Assembly: GCA_046483285.1 (NCBI GenBank) | Contig: JAWODN010000046.1 | Coordinates: 12,888 to 76,887, forward strand | Direction of reading: 5' to 3' | Origin: Candidatus Aminicenantes bacterium | Lineage (GTDB): Bacteria; Acidobacteriota; Aminicenantia; Aminicenantales; Aminicenantaceae | DNA: 64,000 nucleotides | Shown here: in pieces, positions 10,356 to 19,058 of the stretch | Layout: the number at the start of each line of letters is the position of its first letter | Position numbering within the stretch: position 1 is the stretch's first letter | Notes under the pieces: generated by a model | The model's input: only the letters and a program-made list of their open reading frames with translations | The model's database searches: none | Told to the model about the DNA's origin: nothing | Program-made: the position numbers and the translations under genes

Positions 10356-11198
10356 TTAAAATCTGCCGGATATTCCGGCTCGCAAAATAAGACCATCCCA
10401 AATGCCGGCTCCGGCCTTCACATAAAGATGGGGGATGATTTCAGCCCGAACTCCTAAATTCAGCTGGAACAAGGGAAGGATATTTGGAATATTTGTGTTC
10501 ATTTCCTCCTCGGCTTCTTTGAAGGTTCGGATATCGCTGTGGTCAAGGGTTTCGGTTCCACGGCTGCTGTTGTACCGGCCGGCATAATCATAGCTGATTT
10601 CTCCATTCAATTCAGCGACGCCCAATCCGAAAATCAGATACGGCGTCACTCTCCATTCCGGGAACAGGTCCCAACGGAAACTTAAATTGGTGAAAAAGGG
10701 AGCCACGGTGATTTCTCCTTGGGCTTCGGCGTCGGCAAAGCTTCCGTCAGAGAAAGTCTGCCGGACCGAGCCTTCAACCGTCATCCTCATATAAGTTTGT
10801 TCGAATGAAACCCCCAGACTGAAAGGACCCTGTCTTCCCCGCGGGTAAAAACGGAATTCGAGCCCGTAGTTGTGTCCGCCGGAATCAAAAATCATCTGCT
10901 GTTCATAGGTGGTCTGACTCACGGTGTATTGCAGGTCTTCGATTTCTCTGGTGATCTCATTGCGGAATTCTTTTCCCAATTCACCGCCGAGTTCGCTCTC
11001 CAGGATGCTTTTAATGAAATTGAGGGACCAGAAGGAATAATGAACGCCGATTTCAAACCGGTCGGAAGGTTTTTGGAGGTTCATTTCAGGGATTTCCGGT
11101 TTCGCCGGAGTTTCCTGGGCGGTCACAGGAAGGAAAAGCCATGAGAATGCGGCCAAAAAGACCGTAAACATCCGGAATGGATTTCGCATTTCATTCAT
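10356..11198 (-). CDS. Hypothetical outer-membrane beta-barrel-like protein
   Basis: Signal peptide, alternating hydrophobic strands, C-terminal ...LRAGISGRF terminal Phe; start reassigned to MNEMRNPF. Confidence 0.6.
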   Translation of the reverse strand: MNEMRNPFRMFTVFLAAFSWLFLPVTAQETPAKPEIPEMNLQKPSDRFEIGVHYSFWSLNFIKSILESELGGELGKEFRNEITREIEDLQYTVSQTTYEQQMIFDSGGHNYGLEFRFYPRGRQGPFSLGVSFEQTYMRMTVEGSVRQTFSDGSFADAEAQGEITVAPFFTNLSFRWDLFPEWRVTPYLIFGLGVAELNGEISYDYAGRYNSSRGTETLDHSDIRTFKEAEEEMNTNIPNILPLFQLNLGVRAEIIPHLYVKAGAGIWDGLILRAGISGRF

Positions 11199-11222
11199 TT
11201 TAATCAGCTGTTTTGCCGCTTC

Positions 11223-11231
11223 ATTATAGCA
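11223..11231 (-). promoter_or_regulatory. Extended -10 promoter (TGCTATAAT)
   Basis: Minus-strand TGcTATAAT 24 nt upstream of ATG at 11198. Confidence 0.5.
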
Positions 11232-11269
11232 TTTATGGATGGGAACATACAATCGCCGCCGCACTCCCG

Positions 11270-12502
11270 CTAGGAGGCAAGAACAGCATGGGCGCGGCGG
11301 AGCTTTTCCCGGACCGGGACCCGGTATGGGCAGGCAGGCTCACACTGTCCGCAGCTCCGGCAGGCTGAAGCATTTTGATGGGAAGGCAGGCGGGAATATG
11401 CCCGCCTGCTTCTCCCGATTTTTTGATAACTTTCATGATAAGCCAAATAACGGAAAATCCGGGAGATTTGCACTCCTTCCCGGCATTGAATTTGGCACCG
11501 GCCGCAAAAACGGCAGGTGTCACTGGAATTTTCCGCCACATACCGGTAGAGGCTGCGTCTTTCGGCGGGGGTCAGGGTTTGATGGACCACGGCCAGGTCT
11601 TCTTCCAATTCCTGAAAATTAAGCATTTCAGTCACCACTGAGCTTATGTTCCGGTTGGACAAAGCCCACTTCAGCATGGATTGGTAAAGCGATGCCCCGG
11701 GTGTGCGGTATTTTTCCAGATTTTGGTGGCGGCCGCCCACTTTCAGAGTCTTCATGGCAATGACTCCGATGTCTTTTCCGTAGGCTTCACGGATCAAATC
11801 CTCAAGGCCGCAGGTTTCAAGGTAATTATCATAAGTTTGGATTTGCGGGGATCCTTCATCGATATCAAAGACATTGTATCCAATCTGAATCATGTCATAC
11901 CGTTCGCAGTCCAGGGTTTTTCTGAATACGGGAAGGTGATTGGAGTGGCAGGAGAGCCCGGTGCAGCGGCATTTTCCTTCTTGTTTTAAAGTTTCGAAGG
12001 CGGACAAAACTTCTTCATGAGTGAGGTTTTCCGGTTTTTCAGCGCCGTGGATCATAAGAACATCAATGACATCTGTTCCCAATCTTTTCAAACTGCCCTC
12101 AGCTGAACGGATAATGGACCGGCGGTTCCAGTTTCCGCGCAGGTGAAATTTAGTGGCCACATGGATTTTATCCCGGCCCGCTTCGCGGAGTAAACGGCCG
12201 ATCATGCGCTCGCTGTTGCCGTTCATATAGGAATGAGAAGTGTCGATGTAATTGACCCCTTTTTCTATGGATTGGAGGAGAATGGACCAGTCCGGCAGGG
12301 GGCTTCCTCCAAGGGAAATTTCTGAAACCATCAATCCGGTCCGGCCCAGGCGGCGGTAATACATGTCTCCCTTTTTGATTCTTTTTGGATTTTGAAGCCA
12401 GCTGGAAGATGTTTTCAACAGCGGAATCGAAACCGCCCCGGAGCATATTTTTTGTAAAAATTCCCTCCGGCTGTTCATAATCTTGGGGTTTGTTCCGGAC
12501 AT
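11270..12502 (-). CDS. Aldo/keto reductase with C-terminal 4Fe-4S dicluster and Tat-like signal
   Basis: SRREFLQ; YRRLGRTGLMVSEISLG; NYIDTSHSY; CRFCGRC and CRSCGQCEPACP. Confidence 0.88.
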   Translation of the reverse strand: MSGTNPKIMNSRREFLQKICSGAVSIPLLKTSSSWLQNPKRIKKGDMYYRRLGRTGLMVSEISLGGSPLPDWSILLQSIEKGVNYIDTSHSYMNGNSERMIGRLLREAGRDKIHVATKFHLRGNWNRRSIIRSAEGSLKRLGTDVIDVLMIHGAEKPENLTHEEVLSAFETLKQEGKCRCTGLSCHSNHLPVFRKTLDCERYDMIQIGYNVFDIDEGSPQIQTYDNYLETCGLEDLIREAYGKDIGVIAMKTLKVGGRHQNLEKYRTPGASLYQSMLKWALSNRNISSVVTEMLNFQELEEDLAVVHQTLTPAERRSLYRYVAENSSDTCRFCGRCQIQCREGVQISRIFRYLAYHESYQKIGRSRRAYSRLPSHQNASACRSCGQCEPACPYRVPVREKLRRAHAVLAS

Positions 12503-12560
12503 GGCAGCCCTCCTTTCCGGCCGGAGCCGGCTGGTTGGTTATTCAGTTTCACAATGGTTT

Positions 12561-13448
12561 TCATAACAGGTCAAGCCCGCTCAGATGATTCTTAATGTCT
12601 TCCCGGCCTTTTTGCTCCAAAGGCTGCAGGGGAGACCGGACGGGCCCTCCGTAGAATCCGAGAAGGTCCAAGGCGTATTTTGCCGCCGGAATCCCGTATG
12701 TGACCGTAACCGCCTGGTTGAGAGGAACCAGGGATGATTGCAGCTCGCGGGCGTCCTCCCATTTTTGCCGCCGGAATAAAGAGAAAAGATTCAGGCAGAG
12801 TTCCGGGGCCACGGCGGCCAGCGTCAATATCCCGCCGTCCGCTCCCATCAGCCATCCGGCCAGCAGCAGGCTTCCCGCTCCCAGCAGATAGACCCGGTCT
12901 TGGGGTAAGCGGGGGCGGACCTCTTCCAAAAACGCCAAATTGCCGGAACTGTCTTTTATTCCCAGGATGTTGGGATGGCGGCAGAGTTCAATAATCAAGC
13001 CGGAGTCCGGAAAAACACCTGTATTTCTGGGAATGTTGTAAATGATAACAGGTATGCGGCTGCTGTCAGCCAGGGTTAAGTAGTGGTTTTTCAGAGCTTC
13101 GGAGGTCATGAGGGATTTGTAGTAATGTGGCAGCATAATCAGGGCGGCGTCCGCTCCGGCATCGGCGATGCGGTTTGTGAAATCGACGGTATGACAGGTG
13201 GATTCCCTGGCGGTTCCGGCGATGATTTTTTTCCCCGGAAATGCGCTTTTTTTAGCGAGGCTGACCGCCGCAGCGCATTCATAATCATTTAAGTAAACAA
13301 ATTCGCCGGTTGAGCCGCCGATCACGTAGCCGGATAGTTCATGCCGGTTGTATTTATACAGATTTTCTTCCAGTTTTTCGGGGAAAAAACGGTCTTCCTT
13401 AAAAGGAGTGGTTAAAGCCGCGAAGATGCCTTGATATTCCTGATGCAT
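12561..13448 (-). CDS. Dihydrodipicolinate synthase / class I aldolase family protein
   Basis: GSTGEF, PHYY, IYNIP, GIKDSSG Schiff-base lysine. Confidence 0.88.
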   Translation of the reverse strand: MHQEYQGIFAALTTPFKEDRFFPEKLEENLYKYNRHELSGYVIGGSTGEFVYLNDYECAAAVSLAKKSAFPGKKIIAGTARESTCHTVDFTNRIADAGADAALIMLPHYYKSLMTSEALKNHYLTLADSSRIPVIIYNIPRNTGVFPDSGLIIELCRHPNILGIKDSSGNLAFLEEVRPRLPQDRVYLLGAGSLLLAGWLMGADGGILTLAAVAPELCLNLFSLFRRQKWEDARELQSSLVPLNQAVTVTYGIPAAKYALDLLGFYGGPVRSPLQPLEQKGREDIKNHLSGLDLL

Positions 13449-13474
13449 TGTTCAGCCTCCAGATTGGTACCAGG

Positions 13475-13858
13475 TTAGTTCTTGTTCTTTATTTCGTTTT
13501 CCAGGGCGCGGAGCTCCCGGTCGGATTTTCCAAAATAATGGCCGATTTCATGCCTTACCACGTCTATGACTTTTTGCTTGATTTCTTCATCACTCGAGCA
13601 TACCTGTTCGATGGGTTCCTGATAGATGGAGATCACATCCGGAGCGACATTCCCATAATAAGGCCCCCGGTTTTTATAAGGAACTCCATGATAAAGCCCC
13701 AGGATAAGCCCGCGGGAAGAGACTCCCAGTTTTTGGTAGACGTCCCGGGGCGGCCGGTCCTCCACAATCACGGTTATATTTTCCAGGTATTTTTTGAATT
13801 CGGCATGAATTTCTTCTAAAGCCTCTCGAGCCAAATCCTCAAAGCGCTTTCTGTCCAT
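13475..13858 (-). CDS. Zincin-like metallopeptidase (DUF1025-type)
   Basis: LGLYHGVP, PDVISIYQ, HEIGHYFG (HExxH). Confidence 0.85.
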   Translation of the reverse strand: MDRKRFEDLAREALEEIHAEFKKYLENITVIVEDRPPRDVYQKLGVSSRGLILGLYHGVPYKNRGPYYGNVAPDVISIYQEPIEQVCSSDEEIKQKVIDVVRHEIGHYFGKSDRELRALENEIKNKN

Positions 13859-13871
13859 ATTGACTGAGCCT

Positions 13872-14438
13872 TCACCTTTCAATGCCGTCCCGTGCTTCGA
13901 TTCCTCCGGCATAAAAATGTTTGATTTCCTTCATTTCCGTAACCAAATCCGCTCTTTGAATGAATGATTCCGGTGCGTACCGCCCGGTTAAAACAAGCTC
14001 CACGCCTGAAGGCTTATCATCCATGAATTGGAGGACTTTTTTGGGGTGAAGAAGGTTGAAATAGACGGCCGTGTTGATTTCATCCAAAATGATCAGCCGG
14101 AAATCCTGCGACAACATGGCTTCCCGGCAAAGTTCAAGACCTTCCTCAGCCTTGGCGATATCCCGGGGGTCCGGATTTTTATCCACATGAACAAAGGCGT
14201 TACGGCCGAATTGTTTTATCACCACCAGGCCTGAAAGTTTTGCCAGGCTGTTCAGCTCCCCATACTTCCGGCCTTTCATGAACTGGCCTATATAGGAGCG
14301 GAAGCCATGTCCGGCCGCTCTCACGGCCAGTCCCAGGGCGGCGGTGGTTTTTCCCTTACCGTTTCCAGTGTAAATTTGGATGTATCCTTTCCACATTCCG
14401 GCTTTTTCTTGATTTTTTGGTTTCTGTTGACTCTTCAC
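13872..14438 (-). CDS. cobO: Cob(I)alamin adenosyltransferase CobO/BtuR
   Basis: YTGNGKGKTTAALG, QFMKG, ILDE, LTGR, ADLVTEM, GIE. Confidence 0.9.
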   Translation of the reverse strand: MKSQQKPKNQEKAGMWKGYIQIYTGNGKGKTTAALGLAVRAAGHGFRSYIGQFMKGRKYGELNSLAKLSGLVVIKQFGRNAFVHVDKNPDPRDIAKAEEGLELCREAMLSQDFRLIILDEINTAVYFNLLHPKKVLQFMDDKPSGVELVLTGRYAPESFIQRADLVTEMKEIKHFYAGGIEARDGIER

Positions 14439-14546
14439 GTTTGGATTGTCTCCATGTCCATAATAGAGAAATTTGTTATGGGAGTAAAGGGCGCAGCCGG
14501 CGCAGGGGGGGGGTGACCCGCAAGAATTTTAAAACAAATATCCATA

Positions 14547-14555
14547 TGCTATAAT
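14547..14555 (+). promoter_or_regulatory. Extended -10 promoter of serS (probably leaderless mRNA)
   Basis: TGCTATAAT ends 7 nt before ATG 14563; no SD. Confidence 0.6.
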
Positions 14556-14562
14556 CAGGCAC

Positions 14563-15840
14563 ATGCTGGATCCAAAATTCATTGAAAACCATCCGGACCT
14601 TGTGACCGAAAAAATGAAGAGCCGGGGACTGGATGTCGACCTCACCGGGTTTCTCAAAATATCCGGAGAAAAGAAGTCTTATTTATCCCGGATTGAGAAA
14701 CTCCGCCATGAATTGAACACCAATTCAAAGGAGATCGGACGTTTAAAAAAAGAAGGGGAAGACGCTTCTCAATTGATAAGCCGAATGAAAGAAGTCTCCG
14801 ATCAAATCAAAGAGCTGGAAACCGAACATAAAAATTTGGAAAATGATCTGAAAGACATTCTTTTAGGGATTCCCAATATCCCTCATGATTCGGTTCCGGA
14901 AGGACGAACTGAGGCGGATAACCCGGAGATCAGAAGAATCGGTGCCAGACCGGAATTTGATTTCAAGCCGAAACCTCATTGGGAAATCGGAACAGATTTG
15001 GGAATTCTTGATTTTGAAAAAGCCGCCAAGCTGGCCGGAGCCCGTTTTGCCGTCTATTTGGATGCCGGCGCCAAAATGGAACGGGCGTTGATCCATTTCA
15101 TGATGGATATCCATACCCGTGAAAACGGCTACCGGGAAGTCCTGCCTCCTTTTATCGCCAATCAGGAGAGCCTGACAGGGACCGGCAATCTCCCCAAGTT
15201 TGAAGACGATTTATTCAAGCTGCAGGGGACGGACTGGTATTTGATCCCCACTGCCGAAGTGCCCCTGACCAATTTGTACCGGGACGAGATCCTGGCCGGA
15301 GATGACCTTCCCCGGCGTTTTGTCGCCTACACTCCGTGTTTCCGGAGTGAAGCCGGCTCCTATGGAAAAGATATACGCGGATTGATCCGGCAGCATCAAT
15401 TCAATAAAGTGGAAATGATGTGTTTTGTCCGGCCGGAGGATTCTTATGACGAATTGGAGAGACTCACTTCCCATGCGGAAACCGTGCTGCAGCGGCTGGA
15501 GCTTCATTACCGGGTGATCGAGCTTTGCACCGCCGATTTAGGGTTTGCCGGCGCCAAAACTTATGACTTGGAAATTTGGATGCCCGCCCGCAATGGATAT
15601 GTGGAGATCTCTTCCTGCACCAATTGCGAAGACTTCCAGGCCCGCAGAGCCGGGATCCGTTTCAAACGCGGCCGGAAGTCTAAAACCGAGTATGTTCACA
15701 CCCTGAACGGCTCAGGAGTGGCCGTAGGACGGACGGTGAGCGCGATCCTGGAGTGTTTTCAACAGAAAGACGGGTCTGTGGTCATTCCCGAAGCCCTGCG
15801 CCCTTATATGCACGGCCTGGAGGTTATCCGCGCCCGGTAA
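14563..15840 (+). CDS. serS: Serine--tRNA ligase
   Basis: N-terminal coiled coil, [32 protein letters not shown]. Confidence 0.97.
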   Translation: MLDPKFIENHPDLVTEKMKSRGLDVDLTGFLKISGEKKSYLSRIEKLRHELNTNSKEIGRLKKEGEDASQLISRMKEVSDQIKELETEHKNLENDLKDILLGIPNIPHDSVPEGRTEADNPEIRRIGARPEFDFKPKPHWEIGTDLGILDFEKAAKLAGARFAVYLDAGAKMERALIHFMMDIHTRENGYREVLPPFIANQESLTGTGNLPKFEDDLFKLQGTDWYLIPTAEVPLTNLYRDEILAGDDLPRRFVAYTPCFRSEAGSYGKDIRGLIRQHQFNKVEMMCFVRPEDSYDELERLTSHAETVLQRLELHYRVIELCTADLGFAGAKTYDLEIWMPARNGYVEISSCTNCEDFQARRAGIRFKRGRKSKTEYVHTLNGSGVAVGRTVSAILECFQQKDGSVVIPEALRPYMHGLEVIRAR

Positions 15841-15887
15841 GTTTACTCGCGGCGAAAAAACATGTTAAAATACAGCCCTTGGCTCCA

Positions 15888-15977
15888 GGAGGGATGGCCG
15901 AGTGGCTGAAGGCGGCGGTCTTGAAAACCGCATCACGAGAAATCGTGACGGGGGTTCGAATCCCTCTCCCTCCGCCA
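15888..15977 (+). tRNA. tRNA-Ser(TGA)
   Basis: GGAGGGA acceptor stem, anticodon loop CT-TGA-AA, long variable arm, GGTTCGAATCC, encoded CCA. Confidence 0.95.
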
Positions 15978-16079
15978 GCCTTTTCTCAGTAAAGAGACAC
16001 ACATGCGGTTCATTTTGCCCCAAAAAAAGCACGGAATCTCCCCACAGCAGTGATATCAGGATAGAGAAAAAAATGTGAA

Positions 16080-16173
<94 letters not shown>

Positions 16174-16242
16174 GGCTGCTGTTATTGTAACATTTTTGGA
16201 GGCCAAATCAAGGCAGATCGTGTGACGGGGAAGGATAAGACC

Positions 16243-17382
16243 ATGAAATTAAGAACCATCACCCTGGGTATCAATTTGAATGAGTCCCGTATGGAATCCC
16301 AGGTCAAGGAGGCCGGGCGTTTTGCCGGTGATGCCAAAAGAATCTTTGAACACAACGGATATCAAGTCCAGACACTGCGATTGGCCACCCAGCCCTGGGA
16401 GGCGTATCATTCATCTCCGTCCCAGATGACATCTTTAGTCAGGAAACTGTCCGATCTCACTGTTGAAAACGGGATGGATTATTTCAATATCGGTACGGTG
16501 TCATCGCCTGAACTCATCTCTCTTTCCAGTGACCTGATTGGTGCCACCGGAAACGGCTTCTGTACCGCCACGGCCGCCGGACGCGGCCGGATCCATTACC
16601 GGGCGGCCCGGCGGGCGGCCGCCGTGATAAAAAAATTGTCGGATCTGGAAGAAAACGGATTTGCCAATTTGAGATTCGCGGTCATTTTCAATACACCCCC
16701 CGGCTGCCCGTTTTTCCCGGCGGCCTATCACCAGGGCCCGCCGGCCTTTTCCATAGGCATGGAAAACAGCAGCTTGATTTTCCAAGCTTTTAACAAAGCC
16801 GGTGACATTGAAGCGGCGGGAGAAATACTTCAGGATCTATTGGACAATGCGTTCAAGGATATAGAAAAGATCGCTTTCCAAATAGAAGATAAGGAAAAAT
16901 TTCGCTACGGCGGGTTGGATGTGTCCATTGCGCCTTCGGTCCGGAAAGAAGAAAGCCTGGCGCTGGCTTTCGAGAAACTGGGACTGGGGAAATTCGGCGG
17001 GCCGGGAACCCTGGCCGCAGCCGCTGAAATTACGGAATGCTTAAAAAAGACACCTGTGAAAAAATGCGGCTATTCCGGGCTGATGCTGCCGGTTTTAGAG
17101 GACTACGGATTGGCTTTGCGGAACACCGAAGGAACATTTGATATCATGAGGCTGCTTCAATATTCGGCTGTCTGCGGAACCGGTTTGGACACCATTCCGC
17201 TTCCCGGAGATGTGACGGAAGAAGCCCTGTATGCGCTTCTTTTGGATATCGCGTCTCTTTCGCTGAAACTCAGCAAACCTCTGTCCGCGAGGCTTATGCC
17301 GTCGCCTGGGAAAAAAGCGGGGGATATGACCGCCTATGATTTTGAGTATTTCGTCAACACCCGGATTATGTCCTTGGATTGA
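16243..17382 (+). CDS. DUF711 family protein
   Basis: Start reassigned to MKLRTIT; PFFPAAYH, GYSGLMLPVLED, YSAVCGTGLDTIPLPGD, KPLSARLMP. Confidence 0.85.
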   Translation: MKLRTITLGINLNESRMESQVKEAGRFAGDAKRIFEHNGYQVQTLRLATQPWEAYHSSPSQMTSLVRKLSDLTVENGMDYFNIGTVSSPELISLSSDLIGATGNGFCTATAAGRGRIHYRAARRAAAVIKKLSDLEENGFANLRFAVIFNTPPGCPFFPAAYHQGPPAFSIGMENSSLIFQAFNKAGDIEAAGEILQDLLDNAFKDIEKIAFQIEDKEKFRYGGLDVSIAPSVRKEESLALAFEKLGLGKFGGPGTLAAAAEITECLKKTPVKKCGYSGLMLPVLEDYGLALRNTEGTFDIMRLLQYSAVCGTGLDTIPLPGDVTEEALYALLLDIASLSLKLSKPLSARLMPSPGKKAGDMTAYDFEYFVNTRIMSLD

Positions 17383-17577
17383 TCCCCTCAATCTGGTCTT
17401 GCTTATACCTTAGAGTTTCCTTGCGGCATATGGAATTCAGGTGTGGCTTGTGCTCCCTTCAGATTTTTAACGCCATTCTTCGCCCTGTGTTTTCGGCTGC
17501 TGCGCAACTCCCTCCGTCCGTGGGTCAAACATGCTCGCAGCCCGGCTTCGCCGGGTTCCCTCAAGCACAGCCCTCAG

Positions 17578-17720
17578 CCTGACCCATTCATAAAAAAATG
17601 GCGATGGTCTTTTTATGAGCATTTTTTCAGAGAAATGCAAGGTTTTTCTGAAAATGACATATGAAACGTTTTTGTTTGCTTTGCCTTTCATCATAATCGC
17701 CATTTTTTTACCCTTCGGGA
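17578..17720 (-). mobile_element. MITE-like arm, diverged homolog of 30832-30972
   Basis: Reverse complement CCCGAAGGGTAAAAAAATGGCGA...AAAAACGTT...CATCGCCATTTTTTTATGAATGGGTCAGG aligns with 30832-30972. Confidence 0.6.
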
Positions 17721-17733
17721 AGACATGCCACTT

Positions 17734-18102
17734 TGTCATTGCGAGGCTTGCGTCAGCAAGCCGTGGCAATCCCTTTCTGCCTCGTAAAAAGGGACCACCC
17801 GTCCAGACGAAGCAGTCAGGGATCCCCCGGTGCTTCGCACCGCGGGATGACACACTCAAAGGCACTGCGTGCCCCGGAATGACACACTCAAAGTTGCTTC
17901 GCTCCCCGGGAAGACATGCCCCTTGTCATGGCGAGAGGCCGAAGGCCGTGCGGCCGTCCCTTCCTCGCCCCTTGTGTCATTGCGAGGCTTGCGTCAGCAA
18001 GCCGTGGCAATCCCTTTCTGCCTGGTGAAAGCGGAACCCGCCGCCCATACGAAGCAGTCAGGGATCCCCCGGTGCTTCGCACCGCGGGATGACACACTCA
18101 AA
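17734..18102. repeat. Tandem REP/RPE-like palindromic repeats (TGTCATTGCGAG...GGGATGACA)
   Basis: Two ~120-bp direct copies (17734-17852, 17975-18094) plus half-units; inverted homolog at ~31020-31167. Confidence 0.75.
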
Positions 18103-19036
18103 AGCGCTTCGCTCCAGAAATAATATTTAGAGCATGCCGGAGACTTTCGGCATGGGTGACGAGATAGAAAAAGCGGCCATGCTGCTGAAAGACAACCACC
18201 CCCGCTTTTTCGGTTGAAAGTTTCAGGGTGGTTTCGTCCGGGCGGTGCACAAGGGCGGGCGTTTTTGTTTCAAAATACTCCGCCAGGGATCGAAGGGATT
18301 TTGCGGCGGCGGGGGGATCTGAAAATTTAAGAATGTGCAAAGAATATCCGGATTGGTAATCGGCTTTAATCCCTTCTTCGAAAAGAACAGGAACTTCCAA
18401 GACCAAGGGAAAGCGGTTGGAAAAAGCGAGGCTGCCTGAAAAGTAAACCGGACTGCCCGGGATCCTGCCTGAATCAGGAAGAGAGGACATGATCTCAGGC
18501 CCGGGTATATGTTTCGGGGCGGCCGGCTTTATTTTGGATGTGACGGCCCGGGCCAGGTCCTGCAGTCCTCTCAGGGTTTCAGGTTCCTGATCAAATCCGG
18601 TGATGGTGAGGAGATAACGGCCTTTCCAGCAATTCAAGTAATAGTCATCCAAACGAGCCTGCCAACCGATGTCCGTCTTTTGGGAATCTGTTCCGGATTT
18701 GAAGGTGAAAATACCGAAAGCGCTGAGAGGGCCGGACATCTCGTAGATTTCAAGGGAGAGGGAGTTATCCCACCGGCTATGATAGTCCTGAACCAGAACC
18801 TGCCGGAATCCGTACTCATGATAGATTTCCGCTCCTCCGTTGATATAAAGATAAAGGTCTTCACCGGAATACACCTCAGGCTTGTTAACGGTTTTCCAGT
18901 CATCCGACCAGCTTGGATCCGGGAGCAGAAGCCGGATGTCGTTTACGCCGGCGGATATGAAGTGAAGGGCGATGAGCAGTATTCCAGACATGCCCATGGG
19001 GATTATTTTTTTCACAGCAGGTTTATTATAGCTCAT
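18098..19036 (-). CDS. DUF6599-like exported protein
   Basis: LYLYINGGAEIY, LEIYEM..AFGIF motif; paralog of 49165-50079. Confidence 0.7.
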   Translation of the reverse strand: MSYNKPAVKKIIPMGMSGILLIALHFISAGVNDIRLLLPDPSWSDDWKTVNKPEVYSGEDLYLYINGGAEIYHEYGFRQVLVQDYHSRWDNSLSLEIYEMSGPLSAFGIFTFKSGTDSQKTDIGWQARLDDYYLNCWKGRYLLTITGFDQEPETLRGLQDLARAVTSKIKPAAPKHIPGPEIMSSLPDSGRIPGSPVYFSGSLAFSNRFPLVLEVPVLFEEGIKADYQSGYSLHILKFSDPPAAAKSLRSLAEYFETKTPALVHRPDETTLKLSTEKAGVVVFQQHGRFFYLVTHAESLRHALNIISGAKRF

Positions 19037-19058
19037 TTTTGTTTATCCAAACCATTTT

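Noticed and set aside
9963-10457. ORFs 9963-10220 and 10056-10457
   Set aside because: They overlap the SRP RNA and a MITE; spurious.
17734-18102. CRISPR array
   Set aside because: Units are ~120 bp palindromic elements without regular unique spacers; no cas genes.
17379-18123. Short ORFs in repeat regions (also 2019-2330, 30957-31364, 48875-49234)
   Set aside because: Translations of palindromic or tandem repeats; low complexity, no family motifs.
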